NCBI GenBank assembly: GCA_965223155.1
Contig: CBDCVR010000013.1
Span: forward strand, 704,001 to 768,000
Direction of reading: 5' to 3'
Length of the DNA stretch: 64,000 nucleotides
Source of the DNA: Candidatus Multivoradales bacterium
GTDB lineage: Bacteria; Acidobacteriota; Thermoanaerobaculia; Multivoradales; JAHEKO01
The translations under genes and the position numbers were made by a program. The notes beneath the pieces were generated by a model that saw only the letters and a program-made list of their open reading frames with translations, did not search any database and was not told the origin of the DNA. How positions within the stretch are numbered: the first letter of the stretch is position 1; each line of letters begins with the position of its first letter. This document shows, one piece after another, positions 37,400 through 46,805 of this stretch.

Positions 37400-38026
37400 C
37401 TACGCGGTCATGGCGTAGACAACGACGTTGATTCCGAACTTGGTGTTGTCCTCGGCCAGCCAGCGCTTGTTGCGGTAGTCGTAGTCCCACTCGCAGCCGT
37501 AGTCCTTGTTGCTGTAGAGGACCCCGATCCGCCCGTCCACCTCGATCGCCTTCAGATAGTCGTGCACGAGGTCGTCTCCCCAGCCGTTGAGCTCGAACGA
37601 GGTCGTCGGCGGACCCTTGGGAAAGTCGAAGAAGCTCGAGTAGAGCTCGTGATCGTTGGGAATCTTGCCGAGCGAGCGCGAGCCGAAGATTCCGGCCATC
37701 TGCTCTTCGAACGAGCGGGCAAAGAGCCCGTCTACGTCGTGGTTGCAGTCGTCCACGAAGACGAAGCCGCCGTTGGCGACGTAGCGCTCGAAGTTGGTTC
37801 GCTCCTGCCGGTCGAACTCCACCAGCCTATGGCCGGCAAGATAGGTAAACGGCGCTTCCAGCATGCGCCGATCCCGCAGCGGTACGATCGCCTCCTCAGG
37901 ATCCACCCGGAGGGTGGTGTACTCGATTAGAGAGTTCAGCAGGTTGGACGGCATGCGCTGGTCCACGTCCCAGTCCCCCGAGTCGTACTGGAGCCGGGTG
38001 AAGCGGAAGTCGGTCCCGAGCCCCAT
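37400..38026 (-). CDS. DUF4159 domain protein
   Basis: FTRLQYDSGDWD, NGGFVFVDDC, IPNDHELY, YSNKDYGCEW, FGINVVVYAMT. Confidence 0.88.
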   Translation of the reverse strand: MGLGTDFRFTRLQYDSGDWDVDQRMPSNLLNSLIEYTTLRVDPEEAIVPLRDRRMLEAPFTYLAGHRLVEFDRQERTNFERYVANGGFVFVDDCNHDVDGLFARSFEEQMAGIFGSRSLGKIPNDHELYSSFFDFPKGPPTTSFELNGWGDDLVHDYLKAIEVDGRIGVLYSNKDYGCEWDYDYRNKRWLAEDNTKFGINVVVYAMTA

Positions 38027-38062
38027 TAGCGCATCATCCCCGCGCCTTGACCCGACGGCCGG

Positions 38063-39391
38063 CTAGACCGCGTCCGACAGCGACGAGAAGGTGAAGTCCC
38101 GGATCTTCATCGGCGGAATCAACATGCCGCCGATCCGTTCCGGCCGGCCCAACGCCTCGATGTTGTTGAGCATGATCACCGGACTCTCGTTGAATCGCAT
38201 GTTCTTGATCGGATAGGCGATCTTGCCGTTCTCGACGAAGAACGTCCCGTCCCGCGTCAGGCCCGTGTAAAGCAGGGTCTGGGGATCCACCGTGCGGATA
38301 TACCAGGTCCGGGTCACGAGGATACCCCGCTTGGTGTCGGCGATGAGATCCTCGAGCGACCCGTCGCCTCCCTCCATGACGCCGTTCTGAGGCTGCGGCA
38401 CCGCGGCGACCTCGTTCTTCTTGGCCCAGTACCGCGAGTAGTACATGTTGCGCACGACGCCCTTCTCGATCCAGAAGGTCTTGTCGCGCCGCCGGCCGTC
38501 TTGCGCCCAGGGCGAAACCGGAATCCGGGAATGCGTGGGATCGGAATACATCGTGACCCGTTCGTCCACGATCTTGTCCCCGAACTTGGTGCCGCCGCCT
38601 TTCCTTGCTAGAAAGCTCCGGCCCTCGGCGGCCTGGCGCGCGCCAAAGTTGAACATCATGCGCTGAAGTAGCCCCGAAGAGGCCGCCGGCTCCAGAATCA
38701 CGGTGTACTTGCCGGGCTCGATGGCCCGAGCCTCGCGGCTCCCCACCGCCTTCTGGATCGCGACCTCGGAGGCCGCGGCCGTGTCCAGGAGCTCGAGATC
38801 GTTGTAGTCACGGGTCGCGTAGCCCGAGCCGGTGCCGTCCTCGGTGCGCACGGTGACCGAGAAATCGACGCCCGTGTAGGGATGGTAGGCGAACAGACCC
38901 TTGCTGTTAGCCATCGCGTCGAAGCCGGTCGAGTCCTCCAGGAAGCCAGCCGCGACCAGGCTCTTCGCCCGCGACGGACCGATAGAATCGGCCGCCGCCT
39001 TGGCCCGAAACTCCGGACTGATCGCCGCGGTCGATTCGAAATAGGCGTTCGACTTGAGGTACTCGCGCGGTCCCAGAACCTCGACGAACTCGGGGTTCTC
39101 GGGCGCCAGCTTGGCCAGCTCCTCGGAACGCTGAACCACCTTTTCGAGCGAGGCGTCGTCAAACTCGTTGATGGTCGCGGTCCCCATGCGCTGGCCGAAG
39201 TTCGACTGCACCACAAGCGTCAGGTCGTCAACGGTCCCACTGGTGCTGACGGTATTGCGGGCGTAGCGGATATTGCCGTTGGTCTCGCCGTTCAGGTTCG
39301 CCTCGCAGCCGTCGGCTTTGGAAAAACCGAGGACCTTGTCCAGGATCGCCTTGCACTCGTCTCGACTCAGAATCACGCCGTCTTGCTTCAT
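38063..39391 (-). CDS. TldE/PmbA-like non-catalytic partner
   Basis: IEPGKYTVILEPAA, GILVTRTWY, TGLTRDGTF, NMRFNES; no HExxxH and no signal peptide. Confidence 0.88.
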   Translation of the reverse strand: MKQDGVILSRDECKAILDKVLGFSKADGCEANLNGETNGNIRYARNTVSTSGTVDDLTLVVQSNFGQRMGTATINEFDDASLEKVVQRSEELAKLAPENPEFVEVLGPREYLKSNAYFESTAAISPEFRAKAAADSIGPSRAKSLVAAGFLEDSTGFDAMANSKGLFAYHPYTGVDFSVTVRTEDGTGSGYATRDYNDLELLDTAAASEVAIQKAVGSREARAIEPGKYTVILEPAASSGLLQRMMFNFGARQAAEGRSFLARKGGGTKFGDKIVDERVTMYSDPTHSRIPVSPWAQDGRRRDKTFWIEKGVVRNMYYSRYWAKKNEVAAVPQPQNGVMEGGDGSLEDLIADTKRGILVTRTWYIRTVDPQTLLYTGLTRDGTFFVENGKIAYPIKNMRFNESPVIMLNNIEALGRPERIGGMLIPPMKIRDFTFSSLSDAV

Positions 39392-41016
39392 ATCTTGCGC
39401 TCCGTGTTAATCACGTTGACCCCGTCAAATCGGGCGGTCGGACAGCCGTGCGAGACGGCGCTGATCTGGGAAGGCTGGCCCTTGCCATCGAAGAACGAGC
39501 CGCCCAGCCGGTAGTCGCTCTCGTCGCAGAGCTGCGAGCAAGAGTTCCAAAACTCCTGGGTGTTGGACTGGTAGGCCACGTCCCGCAGCATGCCGGTGAT
39601 CTCGCCGTTCTCGATCTCGTAGAAGAGCTGGCCGCCGAACTGAAAGTTGTACCGCTGCTGGTCGATGGAATAGGAACCGTCGCCGATGATGTAGATGCCC
39701 TTTTCGACGTCCTGGATCATCTGTGCCACCGAGCGAGGCGTGGTGCCGGCCGCGAGCGAAACGTTGGGCATGCGCTGGAACTGCACCGAGCTCCAACTGT
39801 CGCCGTAGCAGCAGCCGTGCGAGGCTTCCTCGCCCAGGATGTGGACCTGGTCGCGGATGGCCTGGTACCCGACCAGGACGCCGTCCTTGACCAGATCCCA
39901 GCGCCGGCAGGCGACGCCTTCGTCGTCGTAGGCGACCGCGCCCAGCGAGCCCGGCTGAGTCTTGTCCGCGAACAAGTGGACCAGGTCCGAGCCGTACTTG
40001 AAGGACCTGCTCTGCCACTTGTCCAGGGTCGCGAAGCTGGTGCCGGCGTAGTTGGCTTCATAGCCGAGAACGCGGTCCAGCTCCAGCGGGTGCCCGACGC
40101 TCTCGTGGATCGTCAGCCAAAGATGCGTCGGATCCAGCACCAACGTGTACTTGCCCGGATCGACCGACTTGGCCTCGTGCATCTCCTTGGCCTGGCGGCC
40201 GGCGGCGATGGCGTCCTCGACCATGTCGTAGCTGTTCCGGTACAGGGGTGTCACCGCGTCGATCTTGTCGGCGGCCTTGCCGTCCATGTATTCCCAGCCC
40301 ATGCCCATGGGCGAGCCCAGAGCCTGACGGGTCCGGAACTTCCCGGTCTCCTTGTTGACCGCGGTCACAAAGAAGTTGGGCCAGATCCGATGCACGTCCT
40401 GGTCGATGTACGAGCCGTCGGTGGACGCGAAGTACTTTTGCTCGTTGACCAGGAAGAGGAAGGAGTTGATAAAGGAGGCGCCGTTCTCCATCGCGGCCTC
40501 GTTGACCGCCATCAAGAGATCGACCTTCTCCGCGATCGACACGTCGGCGATCGCGTCCTTCTCGATCGGCGTCTTCCACGACACCTCCCCGACGCCCGGA
40601 GTCGGCGCCAGCACCACCGGCTCCTTCTGGATCCTGGCGTTGGCCTTGGCGATCGCCACCGCGCCCTCTGCCGCCTTCGCGATGGCATCGGCGGTCACGT
40701 CCGAGGTCGCGGCGAATCCCCAGGTGCCGTCGGCCACGACCCTGACGCCGGCACCGAAGGACTCGGTGTTGACGATGTTCTGGACCTTGTCCTCCCGAGT
40801 GATGACGAACTGGTTGAGGTACCTACCGATGCGAATGTCCGCGTAACTCGCGCCCTTGCCCCGGGCGGCGTTGAGCGCCACGTCGGCCAGGGCCTTGCTG
40901 TCGCCAGTCGGCACCGCTCCGGTCGCGCCAAACGCGCTCACCGGCCGGCCCAGGACCGGAACGACCAAGGTCCCCAGTCCGACGCCGCTAAGGCGCAGAA
41001 AGTCTCGTCTGTCCAC
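39388..41016 (-). CDS. tldD: TldD-family metalloprotease with Tat signal
   Basis: DRRDFLRLSGVG twin-arginine signal; GAGVRV..GTWGFA; IHESVGHPLELDR (HExxxH); QRMPN; GKGQP; SHGCP; AAGGAGG RBS. Confidence 0.92.
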   Translation of the reverse strand: MDRRDFLRLSGVGLGTLVVPVLGRPVSAFGATGAVPTGDSKALADVALNAARGKGASYADIRIGRYLNQFVITREDKVQNIVNTESFGAGVRVVADGTWGFAATSDVTADAIAKAAEGAVAIAKANARIQKEPVVLAPTPGVGEVSWKTPIEKDAIADVSIAEKVDLLMAVNEAAMENGASFINSFLFLVNEQKYFASTDGSYIDQDVHRIWPNFFVTAVNKETGKFRTRQALGSPMGMGWEYMDGKAADKIDAVTPLYRNSYDMVEDAIAAGRQAKEMHEAKSVDPGKYTLVLDPTHLWLTIHESVGHPLELDRVLGYEANYAGTSFATLDKWQSRSFKYGSDLVHLFADKTQPGSLGAVAYDDEGVACRRWDLVKDGVLVGYQAIRDQVHILGEEASHGCCYGDSWSSVQFQRMPNVSLAAGTTPRSVAQMIQDVEKGIYIIGDGSYSIDQQRYNFQFGGQLFYEIENGEITGMLRDVAYQSNTQEFWNSCSQLCDESDYRLGGSFFDGKGQPSQISAVSHGCPTARFDGVNVINTERKI

Positions 41017-41606
41017 GATCAGCCTCCTTGTTGCTCGCGGGTCTCAACGGCGACGACCCGCTTCCAGATACGTACGCAAGCCGCCCCAGCTAGTTTTGGC
41101 CTCGTCCGGAAGCCCGGGACGCCTGGCGCTGACATCGCTCGTCTCAAGAGGCCGCCATTGTACCGTGCCTCCAAGACAGCCAACCGGTTCCGGGACACCG
41201 CCGACAGCTCACCGCCCACCGACGATCCCGGAAACTGGACGGCTGGGGTCCAACCTTTCGAAGCCGCCTCGGCGCCCAGCCGGATGGAACGCGGCGCCGC
41301 AAAGCCTTGCCGGCAAGTGAGATACGGCGCGCACCGCCACGATCGCGGGCTCGGGCGAGACCGGCGGCACGGACCTTGCTGTTACGGAATACCGCGCCGC
41401 GGCAAGGTCCGCGGACTCCGGTCCCGGACCCAGCCACGGCGCGCTCACCTGGCTCGGACTCCCGAGCCGACCCGCCCCGCCCAGTCTCTAGCCCCCTTTC
41501 CTCTACCCCCGCGCCGGCCCCCTGAACAGGGCGGCCGGCCCCGCCTCGTCTAGGGGCAAGCCCTTGCCGCCGCGATCGGCTCCCGGACCGGTACAATCGT
41601 GGCGCC

Positions 41607-43319
41607 ATGAGCGCGCAACCACTGCCCGACCCGGATCCCCACGACGAGCTGGATCAGGCCCTGGCCGAGTTGGCGAGCTCGGGCCGGCGCTGGCTGGGGT
41701 TGCCGCTGGGACGTAAGACCGAATACCTGCGCGGCCTGCTGGACGGAATCCGCAGAACCGCCGTGGGCCAGGTCGAGGCCGCCTGTGCCGCCAAGGGCGT
41801 ACCCTTCGATTCGCCCTTGGCCGGCGAGGACTGGATCGGCGGCCCCTACATCGTGGGCCGCACGGTTCGCTTGCTCATGGACTCACTCGAGGCGTTGCGG
41901 GCGACCGGCGAGATTTCGATCCCGCCGTCCCGGATACGCACTGGACCAGGAGGACGCGCGATCGTCCAGGTCTTTCCGCTGGACACCTTTGATCGGCTCC
42001 TCTACCGCGGCTATCGCGCCGAGGTCTGGATGCAGCCGCACGTCACGCCGGACACCCTGCGCGACCACATGGGCGGCGTCTACCGGCAGAGCGAGCCGCA
42101 GGCCGGCGTCTCGCTGGTTCTGGGCGCCGGCAACGTCGCCAGCATTGCGCCGCTGGACGTGGTCCACAAGCTCTTCTACGAGGGCCGGGTCGCCCTTCTC
42201 AAGCTCAACCCGGTCAACGACTACCTCAGGCCGTTGTTGGAAGACGCCTTTCGCGACCTCGTGCGGGACGGGTTCGTGCGCATCGTTACCGGCGGCGGCG
42301 AGGTCGGCTCCTACCTCTGCCATCACGACCTGGTCGACGACGTCCACATCACGGGCAGCGCGGCGACCCATGATCTGATCGTTTGGGGCTCGGGGGCCGA
42401 CGCCGAGGGGCGCCGGGCGGAAGGTCGGCCGCTTCTCGACAAGCCGATCACGAGCGAGTTGGGCAACGTCAGTCCGGTCCTCGTCGTCCCCGGCCGCTGG
42501 AGCCAATCCGACCTCGACTTTCATGCCGAGAACGTGGCCACGCAGATGGTGCAAAACGGCGGCTTCAACTGCAACGCCGCCAAGGTGCTGGTCTTGGCCC
42601 GGAGCTGGCCGCAGCGCGAGGCGTTTCTGGAGGCTCTACGCCGGACCCTGCGCTCGGTTCCCCGCCGCCCGGCCTACTACCCTGGAGCCGGCGAGCGCTG
42701 GCAGCGGTTCGTGGACGCCTATCCACATGCCGAGATCCTGGGCGAGAACACCGGAGACCGGATCCTGCCGCCCGTACTCTTGACCGATCTGGACCCGGCC
42801 GACACCGGACAGCTCGCGTTCCGGGAGGAGTCTTTCTGCACGGTCACGGCCGAGACCGCGTTGGAAGCGACCGGGCCGGCCGCCTTCCTGGAGCACGCCG
42901 TGGACTGGGTCAACGATTCGCTCACCGGCACCCTCAACGCCACCATCCTGGTGGATCCGCGGACCCGCCGCGGACTCGGCACAAGCTTCGAGAGCGCGCT
43001 CGACCGGCTCCGGTACGGCGCCGTCGGCATCAACCAGTGGGCCGCCGCGGCCTTCGCCCTGGGCTCGACTCCCTGGGGGGCCTATCCCGGGCATACCCTC
43101 AAGGACATCCAGAGCGGCATCGGCACGGTGCACAACACCTTCCTCTTCGACGCCCCGGAAAAGAGTGTCGTGGACGCTCCCTTCCGCGTCACGCCCAAGC
43201 CGCCCTGGTTCGTGACCCACTCGGGAGCCGCTGGCGTAGGACGCCGGCTGGCTGCCTTCGAGCCCGATCCGAGCTACGCCCGGCTACCCGGAATCGTGCT
43301 CGCCGCCTTGCGCGGCTAG
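41607..43319 (+). CDS. Aldehyde dehydrogenase family protein
   Basis: LGAGN, LKLNPVN, HITGS, SELGNVSP, FNCNAAK, EESFC. Confidence 0.88.
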   Translation: MSAQPLPDPDPHDELDQALAELASSGRRWLGLPLGRKTEYLRGLLDGIRRTAVGQVEAACAAKGVPFDSPLAGEDWIGGPYIVGRTVRLLMDSLEALRATGEISIPPSRIRTGPGGRAIVQVFPLDTFDRLLYRGYRAEVWMQPHVTPDTLRDHMGGVYRQSEPQAGVSLVLGAGNVASIAPLDVVHKLFYEGRVALLKLNPVNDYLRPLLEDAFRDLVRDGFVRIVTGGGEVGSYLCHHDLVDDVHITGSAATHDLIVWGSGADAEGRRAEGRPLLDKPITSELGNVSPVLVVPGRWSQSDLDFHAENVATQMVQNGGFNCNAAKVLVLARSWPQREAFLEALRRTLRSVPRRPAYYPGAGERWQRFVDAYPHAEILGENTGDRILPPVLLTDLDPADTGQLAFREESFCTVTAETALEATGPAAFLEHAVDWVNDSLTGTLNATILVDPRTRRGLGTSFESALDRLRYGAVGINQWAAAAFALGSTPWGAYPGHTLKDIQSGIGTVHNTFLFDAPEKSVVDAPFRVTPKPPWFVTHSGAAGVGRRLAAFEPDPSYARLPGIVLAALRG

Positions 43320-43423
43320 CGGCCCGCCACGAACCCCCGAATTCGGGGCTCGCGACCGAAGGCCGCACGGCGCCTGCCGCTGCCGTCCCGTCGAAACCTC
43401 CGGCCGCACCGGGCGTGAGGCGG

Positions 43424-43996
43424 TTAGTCCGAGACGCGCTCGACGTAGGCGCCGTCTTCGGTAGATACCCGGATCTTCTGACCGATCTTGATGAAGGGCG
43501 GCACCTGCACGACCATGCCGGTGTCTAGGGTGGCGTCCTTGGTGACGTTGGTGGCGGTGTTCCCCATGTTCGGATTGTCGATGGTATCGACGACCTCGAA
43601 CACCATCTTCTGAGGTAGCTGGACGCCGATCGGTTTGCCCTCGTACCGGGTGACGTCGACCTCGGCGTTCTCGGTCAGGAAGTTCGCCGCGTACCCCATG
43701 AGGTCGCCCGCGACGTTGATCTGCTCGTAGGTTTCGAGGTCCATGAACACGTAATCCTCGCCCTGGCTGTACAGGTACTGCATGGTCTGCACCTGCACGT
43801 CCGCGGTCTCCATCTTGGTGCCGGCGCGCACGGTGTGGTCGATGACCTTGCCGTTCACGATGCCCTTGAGCTTGAAACGGACGAAGGCTCCGCCCTTGCC
43901 CGGCTTGTGATGCGAGCGCTCGATCACCGAATAGAGCTCGCCATCGAGCAAGATCTTGGTGCCCGAACGGCACTGATTAGCATCCATCATCGCCAC
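43424..43996 (-). CDS. efp: Elongation factor P
   Basis: HHKPGKGGAFVRFKLK, FMDLETYEQ, GNTAT..KDATLDTG, VPPFI, YVERV. Confidence 0.96.
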   Translation of the reverse strand: MAMMDANQCRSGTKILLDGELYSVIERSHHKPGKGGAFVRFKLKGIVNGKVIDHTVRAGTKMETADVQVQTMQYLYSQGEDYVFMDLETYEQINVAGDLMGYAANFLTENAEVDVTRYEGKPIGVQLPQKMVFEVVDTIDNPNMGNTATNVTKDATLDTGMVVQVPPFIKIGQKIRVSTEDGAYVERVSD

Positions 43997-44058
43997 GTTG
44001 AAACCTCCCGAAACTGCGTCTGGAACGTTGGATCGGCGAGCGGTTCACCGCGGCGCGG

Positions 44059-46749
44059 TTACGCTTCGCCGAGGCCGTATTCTTGCAGAACTCGTTCCAC
44101 GAGCGAAATCAGCTCGCCAGCCTCGAAAGGCTTCGGAAGGTAGCCGGAGGCTCCCAACGCGACCAGCCGCTCGGAGACCTCGGCCTGCGGCCGATCGCCG
44201 CTCAAGACCCAGGGCAGATCCTCGCGTTCCCAGCGCAGACGGCGCAGCTCAGGATCGGTCTCGGCGCTCGTGAGATCGGCGATCACCGCGGCCACCGCCT
44301 GGGTCCCGGCAAGCACTTCAGCCGCGTGACGCGGACTGCCGGTGCGTATCGTGTCCCTGCCAGCACTCGCCAAGAGACCCTGAAGGGCGGCCAGAGTCGC
44401 CGGATCGGGCTCCACGAGCAGAATCCTCCCCGGAAGCGCGGCTTCCGCATCGGCAACCCGCTGGGGCGCTGCCAAGGCTCCCATCTCGACCACCTCACCC
44501 AGCGGCACCAGCACTCGGATGCGGGTACCGCCGGCGCCGGTCTCGACCTCGATGGCGCCGCCGTGGCCGCGCACGATGCCGAGGGCGGCCGCCAGACCTA
44601 GACCACGGCCTGTGAACTTGGTCGAGAAGAACGGATCGAACACCTTCGGCAGCACCGCGATGTCGATCCCCGGGCCGTCGTCCTGCACTTCCAGCGATCC
44701 GTACCGTCCCGGGCGCAAGGGCTGGCGTAGCGGCCGGTAGACCCCCGCCGGGGCGCGGTCGCCGGCGGCCACCGAACGCTCGGCCAGGCACACCCTGACT
44801 CGGCCCTGCCGTTCGCCGACGGCTTCGAGGCTGTTGTCGAGGAGATTGCGGACGACTTGGCGCATCTGGCCCTCGTCGCCCAGGATCGACAGCTCGCCTT
44901 CGAGCTCGAACTCGACAGCCGACGGAGCCCGTAGGCGGAGCTGTGCGATCTCGGTGGCGACCAGGCCGTGGAGATCCACCGCCCCGCGCTGGAGCCGGGC
45001 CTTGCCCGAGAAAGCGAGCATCTGGGCGGTCAGCTCCGCGGCCCGGCTGGCGGAGGTCTCGATCTCGCGCAAGGCGATGGCTTCGGCGCTGTCCTGGCCG
45101 ACGTCCTCGAGCGCGGCGGCGGCGTTGCCCAAGATCACCATCAAGAGGTTGTTGAAGTCGTGGGCGATGCCCCCGGCAACCAAGCCCAGACTCTCCAGCT
45201 TGCGACCCTGCTGGACCTCTCTCTCGAGACGGAGGGTCTGACGCTCTTCGCGGGCACGGCGGATGGCGTTGCCGAAAACGTGGCCGGCGATGTGGCCGAG
45301 AGACTGGTGCGCCAGATCCCAGTCCCGAACCTCGCCAACCGACTCCAAGAGGAGCACTCCGATCAGGCCCTGGCGACCCGATATTGGAATGGCCAGCACC
45401 GATCGAGCCCCGTCGCCAAGCAGCGCCGCCAACTCGGCCCGGCCTTCCGCCTCGAGGTCCTGGAGACGCTCAACCGCAATTGTCTCGAGCTGCCGCAGGC
45501 GGCCAAAGAGCCAGGACAGCTCGGCCGGCCGGGGGATCTCATCGCAGTCGCGCCACTGCGGTGCCGCCGGCTCTCGCCGCCACTCGAGGCATTCGGTAAA
45601 CCGGGACTCGGCCTCGTTCAGCACCAGGAAGCAGCCACGATCGCACTCCAGAAACCCGCCGATCTCAGCCAGGGCCTCCTCGATCGCGGCCGGAATTTCA
45701 CTCGAGTCGAGATCGATGAATCGGGTCGAGATCGAGACCATGAGCTGCTCTTGGTCCACCCGATGGCGCAACGCGGCCCGTGCCTGGGATTGCTCCGTGA
45801 CGTCTCGGGCCACCCCGCGCACCACCGGTCGATCGACGCCTTCGACCCGCAGGGTGTTGTGGTACTCGACGATCCTGGTCTCACCCTGGGCATCGTCGAT
45901 CGCGACGAAACCGCGGGCGCGGCCGTGGTCGAGGAGCTGCCGTCGGTACTCGTCCCAGCGCTCCGGCGGCTCGCGCGGCAGGACCCAGCGCAAATCGGTT
46001 CCGATGAGCTCGGAGCCGGACCGCCCCAGCAGCGTCGCCATGGTCGGGTTCACGGACAGCACTCCGCCCTCGAGGTCGTGGGTCCAAATTAGGTCGGCGC
46101 TGTTGTCCACCAGGTCTCGGTAACTGGCCTCGCTAGCGCGTAGCGCCTCCTCGGTACGCCTGCGCGCGGACATCTCTTCTTCCAGGCTCCGGTTCACCCG
46201 TAGCCAGTGATCGCGTGCGGTCTTCTGAGCCAGGATGAAGAACGTGGTCATCACCGCCAGGGCAATGATGACCGCCAGGCGGTTCAGCAGACTCTGAAGA
46301 GAGTGCAGGTCAGGCGGCACGACGTTGGCGACCGCTCCCTCTGGTAGCCACCAAAGCACCAGGGTGACCACGATCACCAGCGCGACGAAGATCCACATGG
46401 CGCGCAAGTCGACCAGGAACGCTGCGGCCAGCGGCACCACGAAGAGCCACGAAAAGCCCGGGTCGTAGAACCCGCCCGTATTCAAAACCGCCACCACGGC
46501 TACGGTCAGCAGCAAGGACGAAGAGACGTAGCCGGCGACTCCGATCCTGCCGCTCCAGCGCAAGAAGACCAGGTTCAAGCCGGCGAGAGTCAGCGTGACC
46601 AGCAGGGCCCAGACGACCTGGGTCGCGCCCAGCATCCAGTACTCGACCAGGAACAGAACGCCCAGCAACATCACCGCCACGTTGCTGGCGGCGATTAACC
46701 GAATGCGGCGCCGGCGGCCGGCACCGCTCTGCTCTGAAGGGGCGGGCAA
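44059..46749 (-). CDS. Membrane hybrid histidine kinase (TM-PAS-GAF-HK-REC)
   Basis: ~6 TMs; PAS (YRDLVDNSADLIW); GAF; H-box GGIAHDFNNLL; DDGPGI; FDPFFSTKFTGRGLGL; REC ending YLPKPF; start uncertain. Confidence 0.9.
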   Translation of the reverse strand: MPAPSEQSGAGRRRRIRLIAASNVAVMLLGVLFLVEYWMLGATQVVWALLVTLTLAGLNLVFLRWSGRIGVAGYVSSSLLLTVAVVAVLNTGGFYDPGFSWLFVVPLAAAFLVDLRAMWIFVALVIVVTLVLWWLPEGAVANVVPPDLHSLQSLLNRLAVIIALAVMTTFFILAQKTARDHWLRVNRSLEEEMSARRRTEEALRASEASYRDLVDNSADLIWTHDLEGGVLSVNPTMATLLGRSGSELIGTDLRWVLPREPPERWDEYRRQLLDHGRARGFVAIDDAQGETRIVEYHNTLRVEGVDRPVVRGVARDVTEQSQARAALRHRVDQEQLMVSISTRFIDLDSSEIPAAIEEALAEIGGFLECDRGCFLVLNEAESRFTECLEWRREPAAPQWRDCDEIPRPAELSWLFGRLRQLETIAVERLQDLEAEGRAELAALLGDGARSVLAIPISGRQGLIGVLLLESVGEVRDWDLAHQSLGHIAGHVFGNAIRRAREERQTLRLEREVQQGRKLESLGLVAGGIAHDFNNLLMVILGNAAAALEDVGQDSAEAIALREIETSASRAAELTAQMLAFSGKARLQRGAVDLHGLVATEIAQLRLRAPSAVEFELEGELSILGDEGQMRQVVRNLLDNSLEAVGERQGRVRVCLAERSVAAGDRAPAGVYRPLRQPLRPGRYGSLEVQDDGPGIDIAVLPKVFDPFFSTKFTGRGLGLAAALGIVRGHGGAIEVETGAGGTRIRVLVPLGEVVEMGALAAPQRVADAEAALPGRILLVEPDPATLAALQGLLASAGRDTIRTGSPRHAAEVLAGTQAVAAVIADLTSAETDPELRRLRWEREDLPWVLSGDRPQAEVSERLVALGASGYLPKPFEAGELISLVERVLQEYGLGEA

Positions 46750-46805
46750 ACCGACTACAATCGTAGCATCGGCCGGTCAGAGACGGCCGGAGAAAGCGAG
46801 CCCAC

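Noticed and set aside
41290-41320. c-di-GMP-I riboswitch (CGCAAAGCC)
   Set aside because: The upstream GGCAAA and GNRA-capped stem are missing, so the match is too short.
43335-43348. Palindrome CCCCGAATTCGGGG between the convergent ALDH and efp genes as a terminator
   Set aside because: Short stem with no U-tract on either strand.
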